Below, piece by piece: positions 24,173 to 33,361 of a DNA stretch of 64,000 nucleotides. A program made the translations under genes and the position numbers. Under the pieces are notes generated by a model, which made no database searches, was not told where the DNA came from, and was given only the letters and a program-made list of their open reading frames with translations. The DNA comes from an uncultured delta proteobacterium. GTDB taxonomy: Bacteria > Desulfobacterota > Syntrophorhabdia > Syntrophorhabdales > WCHB1-27. The stretch lies in contig CAWEPK010000007.1 in NCBI GenBank assembly GCA_963810935.1, forward strand, positions 352,001 to 416,000, read 5' to 3'. Positions within the stretch are counted from its first letter, which is position 1. Every line of letters starts with the position of its first letter.

Positions 24173-25063
24173 TTATACGTCGATTTCCCATTCGATAAGC
24201 CTGTGTTGAAAATAGTCCCTAAGCAGGGCCAGCCTTAATCCCCTTTTGGTATCATTGGTGCCTTTAAATATTTCGCAAAACTTAATAACGTTATCATACG
24301 CTTGCTTGACTGTCTCTTTGTCTACTCTGTTTTGCATCACCGATCTAAACGGTTGGCCGAGATAATCAACGGTAGGCCATCCGTCATCGTCAACCATCAG
24401 AAGATCAAGACAGATTCTGGCCGTGTCCGCGCTGACCGTATCATAAACGTTCTCGGGTCTGCGATTCAAAGTTTGTTGCAGGTAATCGATACAATTACGC
24501 CCCACAATGATCCTGGGATGTTGCGCTATTTTAGATTCAAGGATATAGGCCCTAGATAGACAGGCTCCATAAATCTCACCTTTTTCGATCTCCATTCCTA
24601 TTCCAATATCGATTCCACCTCTTACGGGATGCCCAGCCATAAGTGACAGAAGCGCGATTGACGACGCTGCGGTGAAGAGCCCGTAAACACCGCGCATTGG
24701 TGCCTTGTTACGATCAGTGGCCAAGGATGTGGATGCCACGACGCAGTCTGAAAATGATGCTATATGTATTGGATTATTAGTCATCAGGCTATACTGCTCA
24801 CGTTGTTCAGGGGAAAGCGCGCTCAAGTCGGTCTGTCGCAGAGTAGAAAAGGAATCAAAATAATGCCTAAACAGCTTTCTCGTGCCAGAAACAACGCCGT
24901 ACGTTTCTTTTAGGGCATGCACAAATGTCTCCATTTGTGCATTATCTTCTTTGTCGGGAAGGTCGTCCAAAGCCCTCAGATTCTCTTGTTGTCCGAGCAC
25001 GTCAATAAAACATACTGCATAGTAACCAACATTCATTTTGCTTTCCGCGTTAGTTTCTTTCAC
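24173..25063 (-). CDS. Low-GC hypothetical protein with class III nucleotidyl-cyclase-like motifs
   Basis: VCFIDVLG, SFSDCVV, VRGGIDIG, IYGACLSRAYILESKIAQHPRIIV; visibly more AT-rich than flanks; GTG start after GGGGGAGGGG. Confidence 0.65.
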   Translation of the reverse strand: MKETNAESKMNVGYYAVCFIDVLGQQENLRALDDLPDKEDNAQMETFVHALKETYGVVSGTRKLFRHYFDSFSTLRQTDLSALSPEQREQYSLMTNNPIHIASFSDCVVASTSLATDRNKAPMRGVYGLFTAASSIALLSLMAGHPVRGGIDIGIGMEIEKGEIYGACLSRAYILESKIAQHPRIIVGRNCIDYLQQTLNRRPENVYDTVSADTARICLDLLMVDDDGWPTVDYLGQPFRSVMQNRVDKETVKQAYDNVIKFCEIFKGTNDTKRGLRLALLRDYFQHRLIEWEIDV

Positions 25064-25189
25064 AATTACCCCTCCCCCACATACGTGTAGTAATGCTATT
25101 GTTTTACATAGCCCATTATGCCTGTCTGGAGACACAACGTGCAACAATAAAAATAGAATTATTGCCGTTTACTAGCACAGTGGTGGGGA

Positions 25190-25315
25190 GGGGCCGGGAG
25201 ATTTTCGATGATAGGCGCCGTGATCGAGGGGCCGCCGCCCGGAGCGTACGCAGTTGGTACGTGAGGACGCGCGAATCCGAGAGACAGGCGCATAGCGCGA
25301 AAAGATCCCGGCCCC
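25190..25315 (-). repeat. Repeat family A, copy 3 (divergent, inverted)
   Basis: Reverse complement GGGGCCGGGATCTTTTCGCG...GTCCTCACGTAC...GTACGCTCCGG...CATCGAAAATCTCCCGGCCCC. Confidence 0.75.
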
Positions 25316-27289
25316 TATGTCGGTCCGCCGAAGAGTTTTATTGTTTGACGGACCAGCCTAGGTAAGGACGGATCGCGCGCACCCATTATTATTATGGCAT
25401 CGCCGGGGCGCGCGTCGGCTTTCAGTATAGTCAGCAGATCATCCCTGTCTTTGATCGCTTTCGCCACAAACTCCGTCTCGCCCAGGGCCTCGACGATTTC
25501 TTCCGACGATATGTTTTTCTGCGCTGTCCCGCCCGCGTAATAAATGGGCAGCAAATACAGGGAATCGCCCGGCTGCATGGCGGCCCTGAACGCGGCTATG
25601 TATTCGTCCTTTAAAAAGCGCGTAGGGCCGAAGCCGTGGGGTTGGTAGACGGCGATGATGCGGGCGGACAACCCCTTTGCTGCGGTCAGCGCGGCCGTTA
25701 TTTTTGCCGGGTTGTGCGCGAAATCGTCGATCACACTTACGCGCCCTTTCGTCTGCGTAATGTCGAAGCGCCGCGCCGTCCCCGCAAAGCCCTTCACTGC
25801 CGCTGCCAGCCCTGCGCCGATGCAGCCGAGATATTCGCAGACGCAGAGCGCGGCTGCCAGGTTTTCGAGGTTGTGCCTGCCGGGTAAGGGCAGGTCGTAT
25901 CGGACGCCGCCTTTGACGAGGCGCACTGACGCGGGAAGCAGCTCGGTTGCGTCCGGCCGCCACCCGGCCGTAGCCGACGCCAGGCCGAAGCGCACCGTCG
26001 CAGGCAATGACGCGAGCACGGGGTCGTCCGCGTTCGTCGCGCTCCAGCGGGTGCGTGAAATGAGCGTCGCGAAAAGACCTTTCAGCTCATCGACGCCCTT
26101 GTGGTCTTTCGATACGTTGAGCACAACGGCCGCCTCCGGCGCATACTTGACGATGGTCCCGTCGCTCTCGTCCGCCTCGACGATCAAAAGGTCCGACGCG
26201 CCGCTCCACGCATTGCCGATAAGACCCTGCCTCTCGAGCCTTCTCAGGGGCGCGCCGCTTATAAGGGATGGCGATTTGCCGCACGCAGTCAGCAGGCTCG
26301 AAGACGATTGCCGTTACTGTCGATTTGCCGCTGGTGCCCGCCACGGCGACCGTCCGGCTCATGCCGATGATCGCTGCGAGCAGGTCCGAGCGGTGCACGA
26401 CGGGAGCGCCGCAGCGGGCCGCTGCCGCGATGTCGGGGTTCGTCTCTTCTATCGCGGTCGAGACGCAGACGATGTCCGTATCAAGCCCGACGCCGGAGCC
26501 GTCCTGGCCTGCGATGCGCACGCCGAGCGCTTCTAAGCTTGTGCGCATGGCTGCCGTGTCGTCGCTTGCCAGGAGGCGGTCTGAGCCGGACACAATGATG
26601 CCGAGGAACCGCAGGTATTGCGCCAGGGCGCTCATGCCTGTGCCGAAGATGCCCGTGAAATGGACGCTCCTTGCCTGCCGCCCGCCGATGCTCAATGCCG
26701 GGGGGTCGATGTAGACGAGCATGCCCTCTCGGGCGATATCGAAGAGGCGGACGACGTCGCTGTTGCGCAGCGCGATGCAGCCGTGGGTGAGCGGCGTCCC
26801 TATGAGGTCTTCCCGGTTCGTGCCGTGGATGTAAATATAACGATCGAAGGAATCGACACCGGGGCCTTTGTTGATCCCGACTTCTGCGCCTTCGAGCCGC
26901 ATGATGCGGCTGAGTATCAGGTTCTCTTCTGTCGATGCGCCGTCCCAGTCCGCGCCCGTATCCGCGCGGTCCCTGAAGACGCGGCCCAAAGGCGCGCCTG
27001 CGCCAATCTTCTCTTTGATGCGGTGGACGCCGGGCGGGGTCTTGAACGAATTCTCGCGGATGCCTGTGCCGAAGCGCGACGTCGACGCCGCATACCTCTC
27101 GATTATGCTGTCGCCGCGACAGACGAAAAGGGCCTGTGCCTCGACGGACTGGACGAGGTAGGTCTCGTCAGGGCGGGCCAAAAACGGCAGCAACCGGCCA
27201 TATATGCGTCTAAGCGCTGCAACTTGCGTGCGATCTGTTCCTTCCATTGACACGCCGTCAATATAGCGCAATTGGTCATCGGACCACAA
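25315..27289 (-). CDS. YkuD (L,D-transpeptidase-fold) domain fused to MurC/Mpl-like Mur ligase; frameshift near 26290
   Basis: KTPPG, RYIYIHGT, THGCIAL, then in frame HFTGIFGTGMSALA, AGTSGKSTVT; VEADESDG, DDFAHNP and YQPHG in the second frame. Confidence 0.85.
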
Positions 27290-27398
27290 GCAATCTTACG
27301 CCCATCGCCCCACTTGTTGTTGCTCTTGCGCAACTTGGGAATTAAGCTACGGGAATGCGGGCCTTCCTTAAGGGACAGGCCCAGTCCGCCTTGCGAGG

Positions 27399-27803
27399 AT
27401 GCAGATGACAACGAACAAATTGGTGAAGGCGATCGACGCGGCGGTCGATCTGGTCAACCATGGGCGTTACGGCGAGGCGGAGGCGCTTACGAAAAAGGTG
27501 ACGGCGCGCGTTCCCGGCAGCGGGATGGCCTGGAAGCTCCTCGGCGCGGTGCTCGCGATGCAGGGGAAGAACGAAGAAGCAGTCGATCCTCTGCGCAAAG
27601 CTGCCGCGTTCCTGCCGAACGACGTGGAGGCGCAGGCGAACCTGGGTGTAATCCTCCACGACCGGGGCCGGCCCGCCGAGGCAGAGGCGGCATACCGAAA
27701 GGCCCTCGCAATCAAGCCCGATTACGCAGAGGCCCGGAAAAACCTGACCGAAATTCTGGAGACACAGCACGAGCCGGCAGAGGAAGGCAAGTCAGGGGGA
27801 TAA
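27399..27803 (+). CDS. TPR repeat protein
   Basis: AWKLLGAVL, EAQANLGVIL, YRKALAIKPDYAEA. Confidence 0.85.
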   Translation: MQMTTNKLVKAIDAAVDLVNHGRYGEAEALTKKVTARVPGSGMAWKLLGAVLAMQGKNEEAVDPLRKAAAFLPNDVEAQANLGVILHDRGRPAEAEAAYRKALAIKPDYAEARKNLTEILETQHEPAEEGKSGG

Positions 27804-27827
27804 AGTTAATACCCCCGGCATCCCGCA

Positions 27828-30698
27828 TTACGTCGGAGTGCCGCCCGCGCTGTCCAACACCCGCCGTATCGCCCCTGCCATGACCTCTTTCGACACCGGC
27901 TTAATCAGAAACTCCCTCACGCCTGCTGCCAGCGCCTTCTCTTTCGACACCGACTCGCTGAACCCCGTGACGAGGATCACGGGTAAATCCTTGCGTATCT
28001 TCAGCACCTTCTTCGCAAGCTCGAAGCCGACCAGATCGGGCATCGTCTGGTCTGTTATCAAAAGATCGTACTGGTTCGGCGTCTGGAGGAAGATCTCGAA
28101 TGCGTCCAGGCCCTTCCTGGCCGTAGTGACGTCATAGCCCAGGCGCCGCAGCAGCAGGGCCCCCATCTCGACGACCGCGGGCTCGTCGTCAACGAAGAGT
28201 ATCCTTTCCGTTCCGCCCGGTATGTCGATCTTCTGCTCGGTTTCTTCCATCGGCGGCTCGGTGGATGGCAGAAAGACGGTGAACGTGGAGCCCTCGCCGA
28301 TTTTGCTGTCCACGGAGATCGCGCCCTGGTGGCTCTTGACGATGCCGTAGGCGACGGCCAGCCCCATGCCCGTCCCGTGCCCGGCGTCTTTCGTAGTGAA
28401 GAACGGCTCGAACATGCGTTTTTGCACGTCCTCGGGTATCCCGGCCCCCGTGTCCTTGACGCGCAGCTTTACGTACCCGCCGGGCTTCATGTCAACGTCC
28501 GGCAGCTTGTCGCGGCGCGTAAAGACCGCATCGGAGACGGCGATCAAAAGGCTCCCCCCGCCGGGCTGCATCGCGTGGGCTGCGTTGCCGGCGAGGTTCA
28601 TCAACACCTGTTGTACCTGGGAAGGGTCGCCGGCAATGTAGTCGTTCGCAGCGCGTATGTCGAGCTTCATCCGGATGGTGCTCGGCAGGGAGTTGCGGAG
28701 GAGCTTGAACGTCTCTTTGACGAGGGGGGTGAGCTGGAAGACGTTTTTGCCGCGCTCGCTCTTTCTGCTGAAGGTGAGGATCTGCTTGATCAGGTCGCGA
28801 GCCCGCTTGGACGCCTTTATCACCTGCTCTATGTTGCGTTTTGCATCGGTGCCGTCGAGGTCGTCGAGTGCCAGCTCCGAATTTCCCAGGATGACTGCGA
28901 GCATGTTGTTGAAGTCGTGGGCGATGCCGCCCGCGAGGGTGCCTATGGCCTCCATCTTCTGCTTCTGGCGAAGCTGCTGCTCGATCTCCAGTTGTCTCGT
29001 GATGTCCCTGTCTACCCCGACATACTGGATGGTCGTCCCGTACTTGTCGCGAATAGGCACTAGGGTCGTCTCGATCTCTACGAGGGTGCCGTCTTGCTTC
29101 TTTCGGGTCTGGCGCCCGGTCCATGTATTCCCTGCAAGCAGCTCGGAATATATGGCCTCGTGAAACGAGTCGGGGTGGGCGTCGCTGCGGGTCATGACAG
29201 GGCTGTTCCCCACCATCTCGTCAGCCGTATAGCCGTACATCCTGGCGAATGCTGAATTGACGTAGGTGTACCGCCTGTCGGGGGAGAGCATGAAAATGCC
29301 GTCGCCCGCGTGCTCCACGGCGGAAAGGAGCTTCGCCATCTCTTCCTGCATTTTTTTACGCTGTGTGACGTCCCTGGCTATGCCGTGTATGCCGGTGACG
29401 ACGCCGTCCTCGCGCATAAAGCGCGCCGTGACCTCGAGGCTGACGAGGTTGCCGTCCTTCGTCCACGCCTCGAAATCCCACGGCTGTTCGTCGGGCAGGT
29501 CTGAGTTGGCGGCGACTGCGCGCCGCAAAACGTCGGCCGCCCGCCCGGCGCTCTCGGGCGTAAGGAGGTCCCCGATGGACAGGTGTTGAACGGGCTTACC
29601 AGGAAGGAAAACCTCGGCCGCTTTCCGGTTGGCCGAAGTAATCCTGCCTTCGAGATCGGTCGTGAATATCACGTCGTTTGCCTGGTTGAAGAGGTCCTTA
29701 TACCTTGCCTCGGACCTTTGAAGCGACGTGTAAACCGTCTCCAGCTCCTGCGTCCTGTCGCGGACCCTCTCCTCCAGCCCGTCTCTCGCTTTGCGAACCT
29801 CCTCCTCCGCACGCTTGCGGTCGGTTATATCCATGTTGATGCCGATCAGTTTTTCGGGCCTTCCCTTCTCATCCATGATGGCGCGGGCGCGGGCGTGGAG
29901 CCACCGCATTTCGCCGGTATCCAGGCGGCGGACCCTGAAATCGACCTTAAACTCATCCCCTTTCAATGCCTGGTCCACGGCGGCACGGCACAGTGCGCGG
30001 TCTTCCGGCGCCAGGCGGTCGAACCAGTCCTGCCGGCGGCCGTTATGCTCCGCCCTTGTCATGCCGTAAAGGGCCAGCATCTCGTCGGACCAATAGCTTT
30101 CATCGGTCTTTGCGTCCCAGACGAAGGCCCCCGAGCTGCTTGCCTGGAGGGCGATGTTCAGCCATTGCTCGCTCTCCGTCACCGCAGCCTCGGCCCCCCT
30201 CTGTCCCGTTATTTCCTTGAAGACGACAGTCAGGGATTTTGAGCCGGCCGTGACATAGCTTGACGAGACGAGGGCGATGACTGGGGAGCCGTCGTCCAGG
30301 AGAATGCGCATTTCTTCATTGCGGACCGTTTCGCCTCTCAAGAGGGTGCGCATGAAGGGCCACTCCTGTGGCGTATACTCGCTCCCATCGGACCGGAAGG
30401 CCCGGAAGCGGGTAAGCTGCCCGAGGCCGCCGAAGGAAGAGATCTTTACCCGGAACGTCTCTTCGACCTCTTTGCTCACGGCCATGAACTCCGGCGTGTT
30501 CGTGTAGACGAGGGTCCCAATACGCAAGGGGATAAAACGACTGGAACTATTGTCCGGGCTTGCAGCCCGGCTCGCGCCGGGCATCCATGGCGCTCTTATG
30601 CCTGCCGTCCCTGATTCCGGGGCCGTGCCCTTCTTGGCAGGCGTTTCCCCTGCCGTCTTGCGGCGTCCGGGGTTGGGGCCGGTGCTTCTCTTCCCCAT
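27828..30698 (-). CDS. Multi-PAS hybrid histidine kinase
   Basis: Four PAS domains, AHDFNN, GTGMGL, C-terminal REC; no frameshift. Confidence 0.92.
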   Translation of the reverse strand: MGKRSTGPNPGRRKTAGETPAKKGTAPESGTAGIRAPWMPGASRAASPDNSSSRFIPLRIGTLVYTNTPEFMAVSKEVEETFRVKISSFGGLGQLTRFRAFRSDGSEYTPQEWPFMRTLLRGETVRNEEMRILLDDGSPVIALVSSSYVTAGSKSLTVVFKEITGQRGAEAAVTESEQWLNIALQASSSGAFVWDAKTDESYWSDEMLALYGMTRAEHNGRRQDWFDRLAPEDRALCRAAVDQALKGDEFKVDFRVRRLDTGEMRWLHARARAIMDEKGRPEKLIGINMDITDRKRAEEEVRKARDGLEERVRDRTQELETVYTSLQRSEARYKDLFNQANDVIFTTDLEGRITSANRKAAEVFLPGKPVQHLSIGDLLTPESAGRAADVLRRAVAANSDLPDEQPWDFEAWTKDGNLVSLEVTARFMREDGVVTGIHGIARDVTQRKKMQEEMAKLLSAVEHAGDGIFMLSPDRRYTYVNSAFARMYGYTADEMVGNSPVMTRSDAHPDSFHEAIYSELLAGNTWTGRQTRKKQDGTLVEIETTLVPIRDKYGTTIQYVGVDRDITRQLEIEQQLRQKQKMEAIGTLAGGIAHDFNNMLAVILGNSELALDDLDGTDAKRNIEQVIKASKRARDLIKQILTFSRKSERGKNVFQLTPLVKETFKLLRNSLPSTIRMKLDIRAANDYIAGDPSQVQQVLMNLAGNAAHAMQPGGGSLLIAVSDAVFTRRDKLPDVDMKPGGYVKLRVKDTGAGIPEDVQKRMFEPFFTTKDAGHGTGMGLAVAYGIVKSHQGAISVDSKIGEGSTFTVFLPSTEPPMEETEQKIDIPGGTERILFVDDEPAVVEMGALLLRRLGYDVTTARKGLDAFEIFLQTPNQYDLLITDQTMPDLVGFELAKKVLKIRKDLPVILVTGFSESVSKEKALAAGVREFLIKPVSKEVMAGAIRRVLDSAGGTPT

Positions 30699-30906
30699 GC
30701 TTTTTCCTCCGATAGTCTTCTCTTCGTGGCGTGGCGAAAAGGCGACAGGCAAGCGGATGTTCGAAGGAGTAATGCGTCTATCCGCAGAACCGGCCGCTGT
30801 CGTCTATGTACCGAGATTATACATAAAGCGGTATAGCGTATCAAGCCCGGCGGGACGGGCGGCATGGACGGCACCGTTATTGTTCCCGGCATCCGAAGCA
30901 GTGAAA

Positions 30907-30952
30907 TAAAACAAAACGGCAGGACCGATGAACGGTCCCGCCGTTTTGTTTT
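30907..30952. terminator. Bidirectional intrinsic terminator
   Basis: AAAACAAAACGGCAGGACCG-ATGAA-CGGTCCCGCCGTTTTGTTTT. Confidence 0.75.
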
Positions 30953-30966
30953 GTAGGGCCGTGATA

Positions 30967-31320
30967 TTACTGGCCGTGTTTCTCGTCGTAGATCTGGCGG
31001 CTGACCTGGTTCTCCTGCTGGTTGAGGGTGCGCTGCTCCTGCTTGGTGACGTGGCCGCCGTTCTGCGACGCCATGTCGCGCTCTTCCTGCCGTACCTGCC
31101 GGTCCTCTTTATGAAGCTGGGCCGCCTGCGATTTGCTCAGCGTGCCGTTCTTCACTCCCTGGTTGATGCGGCTGTTCTGGTTTGCGAGCCGTTTATTGAC
31201 CTCCGCCCTGCGGGGGTGGTTCTTCTGCCATTCGGTCTGGGCATAAACAGGAGAGAGCGCCGCGCCCACAATAAACCCGGCCGCTACCAAGAGTGCTGCT
31301 GTTCTCATTTGACGTTTCAC
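30967..31320 (-). CDS. Small secreted helical-repeat protein
   Basis: AGGAGG RBS, signal peptide, HPRRAEVNKRLANQNSRI/QEER.MASQNGGH motifs. Confidence 0.8.
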   Translation of the reverse strand: MKRQMRTAALLVAAGFIVGAALSPVYAQTEWQKNHPRRAEVNKRLANQNSRINQGVKNGTLSKSQAAQLHKEDRQVRQEERDMASQNGGHVTKQEQRTLNQQENQVSRQIYDEKHGQ

Positions 31321-31636
31321 TGATGTATCCTCCTTTCTTGCTCTTCATTCGGCGGATGCGCCCGGGCTTTTGCCCCATCTGTCGCAGCCTGTCCCTGATC
31401 CCCAGGAATAGCAAGAGGCGTGCCGTCGGCGGCTGCGGGCGCGAAACCGCGGCAGCGCGGTGTACAAGGCGGGCACGACATTCCGGGGCAGACAATAATG
31501 TCGAGCCGCTCCCGCCTCATCGACAATTGCGTAGGCGCGGTGCGGCTGTCTTGCCGCTCCGACAGGCCCGCATTACACTATCGTTAATTCAACGGCGGCC
31601 GTGTTCGAAGACAGCCAAATCCATGAAGGGAGGAAT

Positions 31637-32059
31637 GTGATGAGACGATTATTGACGGTGGTGGCGGTGCTTGTGGCAGTGGCGATGGCGGCAGGGGCGG
31701 TGTACGCCCTGGATGGGGCCGTCAAGGTCGCGGTTAAGGAAGGCGTGGGCGCATACCTTACGGACGGAAAGGACATGACCCTCTACTGGTTCAAGAAAGA
31801 CGCGCCGGGCAAGAGCGCATGCGCGGGCGTCTGCGCGGAAAAATGGCCCGTCTACTATACGGCGACGGTCAAAGCGCCGGACGGTATCGGCGTGCAGGAC
31901 TTCGGCGCCATCGACAGGGCGGACGGCAGGAAGCAGACGACGTTCCGGGGTTACCCCCTCTACTACTGGTCGGGCGACGCAAAAGTCGGGGAGACGAAAG
32001 GCAACGGCTTCAACCAGCTCTGGTCCGTCATCAACCCCAGCAACTTCCCGCCGAAATAA
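31637..32059 (+). CDS. Secreted repeat protein (COG4315/Lipoprotein_15-like)
   Basis: MTLYWFKKD, SACAGVCAEKWP, QTTFRGYPLYYWSGD. Confidence 0.85.
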   Translation: MMRRLLTVVAVLVAVAMAAGAVYALDGAVKVAVKEGVGAYLTDGKDMTLYWFKKDAPGKSACAGVCAEKWPVYYTATVKAPDGIGVQDFGAIDRADGRKQTTFRGYPLYYWSGDAKVGETKGNGFNQLWSVINPSNFPPK

Positions 32060-32087
32060 TCTATCTTAATGCAATCACGGTCGGCAT

Positions 32088-32119
32088 GAGGCCGGGGCTG
32101 ACGCATCGCCCCCGGCCTC
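32088..32119 (+). terminator. GC-rich hairpin, probable terminator
   Basis: GAGGCCGGGG...CCCCGGCCTC followed by TCGTCTTT. Confidence 0.5.
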
Positions 32120-32178
32120 TCGTCTTTACATCGCCCCCAAACCGTCATATAAAATTAAGACCGAAAGGAGGTGGGACC

Positions 32179-33156
32179 GTGAGACCTAAGGTGTTCGCCA
32201 CGCGCAGGATACCGTCGCCGGGGATCGAGCTGATCTCGCAAGAGTGCGACGTCACCGTTTACCAGGGATCGCAGGCCCTCGACAGGAAAGAGCTGCTTGC
32301 AAGCGTCAGGGAGATAGACGGCCTAGTCTGCATACCGGGAGACAGGATCGACGCAGAAGTCTTTGACGCGGCCCCGTCGCTGAAGGTGGTCAGCACGTGC
32401 AGCGTCGGGTACGAGCACATCGACGTCGCGGAGGCGACGAAGCGGGGCATCTACGTCGGCTACACGCCGGAGGTGCTGACCGATGCCACTGCGGACCTCG
32501 CGTTCGCCCTTCTCATGACTGCGGGCCGCAGGACTGCCGAAGGCGACAGGTTTGTGCGGGCGGGCAAATGGGCGGGCAGGTTCGACTTCATGTTCATGCT
32601 CGGCGCGCCCGTCTGGGAGGCGACCTTAGGCATTATCGGCTTCGGCCGCATCGGCCGCGCGATGGCCTTGCGGGCCCGCGGCTTTAACATGAAGGTGCTT
32701 TACAGCGACGCGGAGCGCGCCACGGCGGAAGACGAGCAGAGGCTCGGCGCCGCGTTCCGCGACATGGACGCCCTCCTTGCGGAATCGGATTTCGTAAGCC
32801 TCCACGTCCCTTACTCGAAGGCGACGCATCACCTCATCGATGAAAGAACGCTCAAGGCGATGAAAAAGAGCGCCATACTGGTAAACACGTCGCGCGGGCC
32901 GGTCGTCGATGAAGCCGCCCTCGCGACTGCGCTGAAAGAAGGATGGATCGCGGGCGCAGGACTCGACGTGTACGAAAAAGAGCCGCTTGATACGGCGAGC
33001 CCGCTCTTGCAATTCGAGAACGCAGCGCTCACGCCCCACATAGGCAGCGCAACCGGGCCGAGCAGGAGTAAGATGGGCGAAATGACAGCGCGCAACCTGC
33101 TGGCAGGGCTGCGGGGCGAGAGGATGCCGCACTACCTGAACCCCGAAGCTAGGTAG
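32179..33156 (+). CDS. D-glycerate dehydrogenase/glyoxylate reductase (2-hydroxyacid dehydrogenase)
   Basis: GIIGFGRIG, VNTSRGPVVDE, AGLDVYEKEP, TPHIGSAT; AGGAGG RBS before GTG. Confidence 0.92.
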   Translation: MRPKVFATRRIPSPGIELISQECDVTVYQGSQALDRKELLASVREIDGLVCIPGDRIDAEVFDAAPSLKVVSTCSVGYEHIDVAEATKRGIYVGYTPEVLTDATADLAFALLMTAGRRTAEGDRFVRAGKWAGRFDFMFMLGAPVWEATLGIIGFGRIGRAMALRARGFNMKVLYSDAERATAEDEQRLGAAFRDMDALLAESDFVSLHVPYSKATHHLIDERTLKAMKKSAILVNTSRGPVVDEAALATALKEGWIAGAGLDVYEKEPLDTASPLLQFENAALTPHIGSATGPSRSKMGEMTARNLLAGLRGERMPHYLNPEAR

Positions 33157-33157
33157 C

Positions 33158-33283
33158 GGGGCCGGGATCTTTTGGCGGCCTTCGCGTCGTTTCCTCGGGC
33201 GCGCGTGCTCACTTACAACAGAGTACGCTCCGCCGCGCGCCTTCGGAAAGCAACGCGAATTCCACCCAAAATCTCCCGGCCCC
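33158..33283 (+). repeat. Repeat family A, copy 4
   Basis: GGGGCCGGGATCTTTTGG ... CCAAAATCTCCCGGCCCC. Confidence 0.85.
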
Positions 33284-33361
33284 GTCCCGGCATGATTAAG
33301 CACACAACTCAACAAGACCAGTGTCTTAGTATTCCACATTGCTCCATAGTACAACCTGCCT

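Noticed and set aside
23956..25315. Defined composite transposon around the cyclase-like gene
   Set aside because: The two flanking repeats are quite divergent, no TSD was found, and each also fits the simple after-stop-codon pattern. Kept only as a hypothesis.
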